This document shows, one piece after another, positions 56,946 to 64,000 of a DNA stretch of 64,000 nt (its first letter is position 1; each line of letters starts with the position of its first letter). Under the pieces are notes generated by a model. It saw nothing but the letters and a program-made list of their open reading frames with translations, had not been told where the DNA came from and did not search any database. The DNA is taken from assembly GCA_000004985.1 (NCBI GenBank), contig GG738906.1; one strand, given 5' to 3'. Position numbers and translations under genes: made by a program. Source of the stretch: Naegleria gruberi (lineage: Eukaryota).

Positions 56946-57276
56946 GAATGATCATTAATTTTTGATAAATTGAAATTTTATTGAACTATTCATAATTCTT
57001 ACAAGTCGAAAATCTTTCATCTTGAACCATTTCACATTGAGTGAAACCCAATGCTTTCACACTGTGTGAATTAGCATTGTAAAAGATTTCACACCAAAGA
57101 TGACAAGGAAATTGACAAGAGTTTCTTATAAAAATATGAAATAAAAATTTGAAATTGATGTAAACGAATAGAAATGATATATTATATTATATAATTGATA
57201 ACTGATACGACTTACTAGTATGTTGAGGTATTTTTTTTGAAAAATATTTTAAACTGGTTGCAAAAATAGAAAGTGT

Positions 57277-57821
57277 TTATTTTAGAGATGAAGCCAAATA
57301 TGGAAAGACATTTAATATAATGTAAAGGCCATTTTGTGAATTGGTTTGAAGTGAAAAGAGCCATGCTGGCATATTGCTGGTATGAAATCTTGTTTGATCG
57401 TGTCTTTGAATCTCAATTTGTGAATAATCTGGAGAAAATGAATTGACTTGATAAATTTTTAGCTGTTTCTGTAATAATGGAAGATCTTCTAATTGAAATG
57501 AATCCATTAACTTGTCAATTATTCTCACATATTGAATAATGTGTTGAACTATTTCTTGAATTTCACAATAGCTGGGAATTTCCTGAAATAATTCGAGATA
57601 ATAACGACAGAATGTGATCTTCAATGGATTTCAGGGGATTGATATTCTTTGCAATGGATTTTGGGTGCTTGTGAAAAAAGGATGAAATCAAATTCTTTCC
57701 AACGTCGGTCATCAATTAAATTGAGAAATTTCACCAAAATACCTTCATAATTGTAATACATGTTACCATATGAACAGATAGGATTGAATGGTTGCAATAG
57801 AATTGGAGAAACACTATCCAT
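57277..57821 (-). pseudogene. Two abutting ORFs (66 + 115 aa) separated by a +1 frameshift inside the TIR element; probably a decayed internal gene
   Basis: ORF 57621-57821 ends ...KEYQSPEIH*. The next frame opens immediately (…KITFCRYYLELF…). No GT-AG intron fits. No recognisable domain. Confidence 0.3.
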
Positions 57822-58639
57822 TCCGAGTGGTAGTTCTTGAACTTTACTGTTGGTGCTTACGAATCTGGCTTAATTTTGAATATGAATCCATGGATGCATT
57901 TGCTCGTCTTTGGTGGTTGTATGATTGGAAGAAACATGATCACTAGATCTCTCGATGTGAATACTGATAGTGAATTGAAGCATACCATGTTGACTGCCTT
58001 CAACGGAATTGTTGGTTTGTCACTCTGTTATGTTGGTTTAATGTATAGACCAGAAATTGGTATCTTTGGTGCCTTGTCCTATGTTGCCATCAATGCTGAA
58101 TAAGACAAGTTCCTTTCTATTGTCTTTGTCAAGCTTGGCTCCATTGGTTCCCCAGCCACAATGACTAGAACTGTGCAAGCTGCTGAAGCTATTGCTCTCT
58201 ATGGTTTGTTGTTGTTCCAATTCTGATGTATTACCATATCTTCTGATAGCTTAGGTTCATTCATAGTCTTGTTGAAAAGGTAACCAGTACCACTACCGTA
58301 AATGGTATTATTCAATTCCTCTAGACATTGTCAAAATGCTCATTGGTAAAGTGACTAAAAAACAGTGCTTGGAATCCTGTATGAGAACTGTAGAAAGTTC
58401 TTTGAAGCAGGGGATAAAGAAAGTGTTTGGAAGGCAGTTGATGAAGATGTTAAGCTTTATTTTTTTAGTAAAAATTTTCAAAAATATTCACAAGTCTGAA
58501 ATACGTCACCTCCTCCTTCACTGATTTTCATCATCAAAACAACACAAAACAAACAACAACAAATAAACAACACATTACAACATCAAGTAGAACACAACAG
58601 AATATCGATAATTAACTTTGGAGTAACTTTATGTAAAAA

Positions 58640-58704
58640 CGTCAGTGATGACGTCAAAAAAAGCGTCAATCCACCATCAGGAATGACGAAATAAAATGAG
58701 CGGG
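58640..58704 (-). repeat. Right terminal inverted repeat of the element
   Basis: Its reverse complement begins CCCGCTCATTTT and contains TTGACGCTTTTTTTGACGTCATCACTGACG. Confidence 0.55.
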
Positions 58705-59002
58705 TTCTTTGGAGGCAAAAAAAACACTTCCTCAATTGGAACTAGAGACTGTCACAACAAACTCCAGGTCTGCTCTCCAAAGTTTAAAAAATGTTTTGAA
58801 ATATGTAAACGATAATTGTAATATTATTATGATTTCTTTGAAATAATTGACAAAAAGCACCCCATCAATCAAACATTTTAAAAATTTTGAAATAATTTTA
58901 TTAAATATTTTAAAAAAAAATAAGAGGGAACCGCTTTTGCAACAATCACCCAGGAGTTGCCACATTTTTTGATTTGACCAAATTTTTATTATAGTTATCG
59001 TC

Positions 59003-61707
59003 ATGGGTGTATTGTGTCTTTTTGTTCAAGAACAAAGAGAACCTAAATTAAATCTCTTCCTTCATTCGTAAGTTTGTGATCATAGTATTTTAATGACACA
59101 AAAAGTCATCACGAAATTTCCCAAAACCAAGCTATAACAATATCAGATCATTTCGCAAAACTTATCTCTACTAATACATCAGCCAGAGGTGAAGTGTTTA
59201 TTGCTAAAAAATTCAGAGCTGTTTTTATTCTATTGAATGAAGTTTATGTAGTGACTGTTTGTCATAAATCCGACTATCCATATGATGCACTCAGATGTGC
59301 AAACAATGCCAAGTTATTAATGTTTGAGGCTTGTAAAGGAGTGGAAGTGACTGTCATTAATTTGTATAAAAAGTTTGGACAAATAATGTTAGCCCTTGAG
59401 GAATTAATCAATGAAACAAATACATTTAAACCACCATCAACAAGTTTGGAGATGGTTGGAAAATCAAAATTAGGAGAAGCACATCATGTCTCTGCTCAGT
59501 ACAACGGAACTTCACATATTCAAACTAGTAAGACTCTCAATTCTGGTTCTTCTTTTATAGGTTCTCAAGATACACCAAAAAAAGCAAGAAGAGGCACCAT
59601 TAAACAAATGGAAAAGCTTATATCATATACTGCTGATGAAATGTGGAAGGAAAAGCAAAAGCAAATGGAATCACATCAAAAGAGATTCCAAATTTTAGAT
59701 AAATTCCAAGCACCAATTAGTAATGAACAAATTGAAGACAAGACAGTGACAGTGACAGATGATATGCTTCCAGATCCTACTGACATTATCAATTTTCAAT
59801 TTGGTTTTGATTTTACTGCACCAGATGAAGAAGATGCTCTTCCAAGTTTCAACCACAAAAGAGCCAAGTCAACCAACATTTCTACAGGATCTGAGAGTAA
59901 TGGTATTTCAAGTTTTAGAAAACGACAAATGGAACACATTGCTCTTGGACAACAAATGTTTCCTCTTAGTGAAGAGGAATGGCACTCCCTTAAAGTACCA
60001 TCTCTTCCTGAAAATTTAAAACCTGTATTTATTCCTCCACCAACAACCAATCTTCCTCCTCTTCCACAATCATTCGTTACTTTACAACCTCAAAAATTAC
60101 CACCAAAGGTTGGTACTGCATTTGATCGTGGTGATAGCAAACTTATCAGCTTTGAGCCTTTTGATTTACATGGAAGTACTACAAGTAGCAAAATGGAAGG
60201 TGAGGACACTGAAGTCGACATGTCGGATGAAGATTACACTTTCAGATCAGACAAACAAGACAAATTAAGTGACTCCATCTATGACTATAATCCACCAAAA
60301 GTTTCCACACAAAATTCTTTATCAAATATTCTTTTACCAACAAATTTACCTCCTCTACCTTCTACTTTGATAACCAACCAAGGAAGTGTGGCAAATAACA
60401 CTGGCAATACCACATCAACAAACTTTTTGGATGCTTTCCTCGGACCAACCGATCCAATTCCAACAAAAACTCAAAACTCATTATTGTTGGTTGACAGTTT
60501 AATGACCCCATCATTGGATCTAAATTCAACCCTTGTTCAACCTTCCGTCATATCAGGTGCTAATCTTGGTAATAACAATTTTATCCCACCAATACCTACA
60601 ACAATCACTACTAACACCACACCAAATGGTAAAAATGTTAGTAGTAATGAAAATATTCCTACTGTTCCACCATTGAATACTACTATCAAACCAGTTTCCA
60701 CAAATATTACAACTCCTAAAATTACTCCAAATGAGCCTACCAATTTCCTCACAGAAATTCAAAACAAGCAACTCAATCCAATTGCTCAAAATTCTCCATC
60801 CACCCCAATGTTTGATCCTAATGAACTCAAGAAATCCATAGAACAATCTCAACAAAAGAGAGCAGCTGTATTGCCATTCAAAGTACTTGTCACAGAAACT
60901 GTTGTCAAGAACATGTCAGGTCTCACTGAGGAGGAGTACAACTTTATGGGTCAAATTGAACTAATTCTATTCAATCATGAAAGTTATCGTTCTTCGGATT
61001 CGTACAAGTTTATTCTGTCTCTTATTAATGATCAATTTAACAATTCAGAAAACTTTACCAAAATTGCTAAAATTGTTTGTAATCCAAAAATTGCTAATGA
61101 ATTGAGCAATAGTGGTGATGTAACAAGTCATGCTTTTGAATGTAATGTAACTGGTCAAGAAATTAACCCAAAGTCTCAAAATGCAGTCATTCTCAAATAC
61201 AAACTAAAGGAGCATTTGAATCTAGTTCCATTCAAATTAAGGCCTCTCTACTTTATGGCAACCAAGGATGGACAAACAATGCTAAATATTTCAATCGATT
61301 ATATTGTAAATCCTGCTACCCCCCTGGACAAGCTCTCTTTCCTTATTCGCATTTGTACATCAAGTGAACAAATTACGCTAAAATCTCAATCTAAACCTGA
61401 AGGTCGTTGGAATGCTACTAGACAAGAACTATTAGTGAATGTGGATCAACCAGGACCAAAAGGAAGTGTTATTGCTAAATTTTTACTCAATCGTGAAGTG
61501 AAAGATATTGCTGAACTGCAAACAGAATTCTTATGTAAATTTAATGCAAAAGGTCTCCTTGCTGGATTTACTGTGGAAGGAGGTGAGAGCAAGAGAAGTG
61601 CCCACAATCAAGTATTTTTGGGTGGTTGTGAATATTCAATCACCACACCATCTTGGAGGTATAAACTTACCTCGGAGAACTTGAACCCACAATTTGCCAA
61701 CAAGTAA
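59003..61707 (+). CDS. Mu-homology-domain protein with an adaptin-mu/delta-COP-like N-terminal longin domain and a ~400-aa disordered linker; probably 2 exons
   Basis: The N-terminus (FRAVFILLNEVYVVTVCHK...LLMFEACKGVEVTVINLYKKFGQIMLALEELINE) resembles the mu/sigma-adaptin longin fold. The C-terminal ~280 aa (VLPFKVLVTETVVKNMSGLTEEEYNFMGQIELILF...) resembles an MHD. A putative 5' exon at 59003-59067 (MGVLCLFVQEQREPKLNLFLH) joins through a 119-nt GTAAGT...CAG intron (59068-59186) in phase. Confidence 0.45.
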
Positions 61708-61780
61708 ATTCCTTGTTCAATATTTAACTTTGCTTTTATTTTTTTTCAACGAGAGGAATTATTGAGCTACCAAAATAAAC

Positions 61781-62599
61781 TTATTTACTCCAACTAAAGT
61801 ATTGAACCTCTTCAAAGGGATCTTGGGTTGTTAAGGTATCATCAAAAACTCCAGGAAGAGTCAAATTCCAAGCGTGTAACATCATCCTATGAACACCTTC
61901 TTCTCCATCTCTTCCCAATAGACTATAGGTAGCATCACCAAGTATTGGAAATCCTAGCAACTGGGTATGTAGTCTGAGTTGATGCCTCCTTCCTGTTTTT
62001 GGTCTTAGTAAAACTTTTGTAACTGGTATTGTATCATTATCTTTATGGTAAAACCCTCTGCATAAAACAGATCCAAATGTTAGACTTTCCCTACTCTTTT
62101 TCGCCTCTTGAATTTCTTCCTCAGTATTTAATTCAGATAGTAATGTCTTTTCCCTTCCAAGATAAAAATTCCTCATTCTAAATTTTCTTTCATCTGATGG
62201 ATCTTCCCCAATGAATGTCAAAATTTCAAAATCATTAATTAATACATGTCCTCTCAAAACAGCAAGATATTGTTTTTGAGCTGTTCTCTGTTGAAAAGGG
62301 TAGGTAATCTTGGCACAACTCTCTCTTGTAAATGCCAAACATAATATTCCAGAAGTGGCGTAATCAAGTTGGTGACAAAATTTTAATTTTCTTCTTGATG
62401 GGGTGTGCCCGGGTTTATGTTGAATTTCTTCTAGTGGATTTTCCATTTCCGGATAGTAGTTATTAATTAATTTTTCCACAGTTAATTCATAATCTCCATC
62501 GATATGTAAATCGTTTGGTTTATCAATAACAAGTACATCTCTACTTTTAAAAATAATTGGAATGTTTGGCAGGGACTGGTTCATAAATGAAGTCATCAT
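61781..62599 (-). CDS. RluA-family pseudouridine synthase (RPUSD-like)
   Basis: Catalytic motif CHQLDYATSGILCLAFTRE (HRLD-type, Asp conserved). 272 aa. ATG at 62599. Confidence 0.65.
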   Translation of the reverse strand: MMTSFMNQSLPNIPIIFKSRDVLVIDKPNDLHIDGDYELTVEKLINNYYPEMENPLEEIQHKPGHTPSRRKLKFCHQLDYATSGILCLAFTRESCAKITYPFQQRTAQKQYLAVLRGHVLINDFEILTFIGEDPSDERKFRMRNFYLGREKTLLSELNTEEEIQEAKKSRESLTFGSVLCRGFYHKDNDTIPVTKVLLRPKTGRRHQLRLHTQLLGFPILGDATYSLLGRDGEEGVHRMMLHAWNLTLPGVFDDTLTTQDPFEEVQYFSWSK

Positions 62600-62685
62600 T
62601 TTTTTGAGTTTAAAAATCAGTTGGCTGCTGTTTGGAAAATGTGGAATTTATCTTAGAGATTTAACATCTCATTAATTTTATTTAA

Positions 62686-64000
62686 CTAGTTGAGGAATGA
62701 CAAAAGACTGGCACCAATAGTTTCATTTTTAAGGAATGGTGATTGATTACTTTGCATGTTAGGCGTACTGGCAGAATTTCTTTGGGTGGTTGGTTTGAGG
62801 AGAGAAGAGAAATTATTTGGGGAAAAGTGATTATTGTTTGTAGTGACTGTGAGTATTTTCTGGGCTGTATGAGGCGGTAACACAGGATAAAAAGTCATGA
62901 ATTCTGAACATTTACAATCACAACCAGCAGGACAAGTAGAATGATTTTGGAACCAATTTTGCAAGTGCTCCACATGCCCACCATGGTTACAGTTAGGGCA
63001 ATACGAAACAACACCTCTTACTGGAGACCTACAGAGGGAACAATGAATATACTTCTTTGGTAACTGTTGTTGATGTTGTTGCAAAGATAAATTTCGTCTA
63101 TACTGCTCGTTAAGTATTGGAACACTTTCAATATCTATTGAGCATTCAGAAGTTCCGTTCATAAATCTTTGAGTTGTTTGAGTCGAGACATTATACTTCA
63201 TTATTTCACATCTTTGAAGATGTAAACCCCAACTTTGAAGTAGTTTTGCATAGCATTGTCTTACATGAGACATAATAGGTCTCATTTCCTTTTCGATTAG
63301 ATCGCAACTCTCATATACTTCTAGTTTTCTATTCAAAGAGACATCTTGATTAATTGGAATAAATTCGTGTGGTTTGTGTTTTGGATTAAATTCCAGTGCT
63401 AGGTCATCACTCTCTGTATTTCGTAAATTGAAATTAGAAATCTCCAATGAAATATCCTTCAATGCTTGTTGTAACACACAAGATATTACTGCACAGGTTT
63501 GAATATCGTGTTTGCTCAGAAAATGTGTTAATATTTTCTTGACAAATCTTCTTCCCAATGCATGGTGAGTCCACACTGGTGATGGCTTGGCCACATTGTT
63601 CTTTGTTTCATAATAGAGGCGTGGTTCAATTATCTGAGAAAGTATAACCCACATTTTGGAGAGATCTTTTCTTCCCTCCATCAGACAGATTTTAGAATTT
63701 TCCCTACAAACCTCCACAGCATTAATTCCTACAACCCTGTATTGTTGTGCAAGGGAATACGAAACAGGTAATAAGTACTTGCTATCATAGATGTGTATTC
63801 TTGGGTCAGTTCTTGTATCATTGAATGAAATAAAACGTTGCTTTTGTTCGTTGGCAATATAGTGTTGGTCTTCTCCATGCTCGTAAATTTCACCAATATA
63901 ACCGTTATGATTTCCATAATATTGATTAACATCTTCTCCATACTCATCTTCATATTCTGAATAGTATGTATCATCCTCTGAAGACTCATCATGATATTCA
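62686..64000 (-). CDS. GATOR2-type (WDR59/WDR24/MIOS-like) protein, C-terminal part with a RING-like zinc finger; the N-terminus lies beyond the window
   Basis: C-terminal motif CSLCRSPVRGVVSYCPNCNHGGHVEHLQNWFQNHSTCPAGCDCKC (CxxC...CxxCxHGGHxxH...W...CPxGCxCxC). The frame stays open on the minus strand to position 64000. Confidence 0.5.
   Translation of the reverse strand, partial: EYHDESSEDDTYYSEYEDEYGEDVNQYYGNHNGYIGEIYEHGEDQHYIANEQKQRFISFNDTRTDPRIHIYDSKYLLPVSYSLAQQYRVVGINAVEVCRENSKICLMEGRKDLSKMWVILSQIIEPRLYYETKNNVAKPSPVWTHHALGRRFVKKILTHFLSKHDIQTCAVISCVLQQALKDISLEISNFNLRNTESDDLALEFNPKHKPHEFIPINQDVSLNRKLEVYESCDLIEKEMRPIMSHVRQCYAKLLQSWGLHLQRCEIMKYNVSTQTTQRFMNGTSECSIDIESVPILNEQYRRNLSLQQHQQQLPKKYIHCSLCRSPVRGVVSYCPNCNHGGHVEHLQNWFQNHSTCPAGCDCKCSEFMTFYPVLPPHTAQKILTVTTNNNHFSPNNFSSLLKPTTQRNSASTPNMQSNQSPFLKNETIGASLLSFLN

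Larger units (their letters stand above)
56735..58704. mobile_element. ~1.97-kb terminal-inverted-repeat element with subterminal TGACG repeats and no intact transposase (non-autonomous DNA-transposon-like)
   Basis: Left end is CCCGCTCATTTTtgTTGACGCTTgTTTTGACG. Right end, reverse-complemented, is CCCGCTCATTTT[25-nt insertion]TTGACGCTTtTTTTtGACG. Both ends are followed by GTCAT..TGACG-type repeats. The flanks have TT on both sides. Inside are only short or frameshifted ORFs. Confidence 0.55.

Noticed and set aside
33747-62599. Several ORF-track start coordinates (e.g. 33747, 26254, 38779, 46424, 59194, 62686 minus-strand 'M')
   Set aside because: These start codons are TTG or GTG, not ATG. 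The true N-termini are at internal ATGs or on upstream exons, so I do not treat these as real translation starts.
1-64000. CRISPR arrays, restriction-modification systems, toxin-antitoxin pairs or other prokaryotic defence operons
   Set aside because: The sequence is eukaryotic, with spliceosomal introns and eukaryote-only genes such as TAF7, CCT8, MCM2 and SMC2. No direct-repeat/spacer arrays or operon structures are present.
1-64000. Ciliate (TAA/TAG=Gln) or other non-standard genetic code
   Set aside because: Multi-kb ORFs (SMC2, MCM2, the receptor) read cleanly with the standard code and terminate at TAA/TAG where homologues end.

Overview
Eukaryotic nuclear DNA, AT-rich (roughly 30-35% GC by eye) and extremely gene-dense. 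I count about 33 protein-coding genes on both strands. Intergenic spacers are often only 16-300 bp. The genetic code is standard: there are long uninterrupted ORFs (SMC2 1219 aa, MCM2, CCT8, a 1580-aa receptor). Many genes carry very small spliceosomal introns of 37-119 nt, which I mapped by hand. Donors are GTAAGT, GTATGT, GTACGT or GTAATG, a CTAAT/TTAAT-like branch sits about 10-20 nt upstream of YAG acceptors, and exon phase is conserved across each junction. The ORF track treats TTG/GTG as start codons, so several track starts are not real ATGs. The track also splits intron-containing genes into pieces; I re-joined these by hand. Gene content: ABCG half-transporter, PI31, SNM1/Artemis nuclease, a GPS/GAIN 7TM giant receptor, a RhoGAP-MORN fusion, CDC123, WD40, DLD-like flavoprotein, LRR-IQ (CEP97-like), LRR-RhoGEF, MCM2, Sel1, DHHC palmitoyltransferase, OTU, DinB_2, TAF7, TilS-like PP-loop ATPase, SMC2, an RFC-like AAA+ protein, PhzF-like, CCT8 (theta), a saposin-like gene missed by the ORF track, a RimK-like ATP-grasp, RluA pseudouridine synthase and a GATOR2-like RING C-terminus. 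The S/N/T/K/E-rich low-complexity tracts, A-rich start contexts and this mix of amoeba-type genes suggest a free-living AT-rich protist (amoebozoan or heterolobosean-like). That placement is inference only. No rRNA, tRNA, CRISPR or prokaryote-style defence operons are visible. The main non-genic structure is a ~1.97-kb element (56735-58704) bounded by imperfect terminal inverted repeats with subterminal TGACG(TCA) repeats and lacking an intact transposase. I read it as a non-autonomous DNA-transposon-like insertion.
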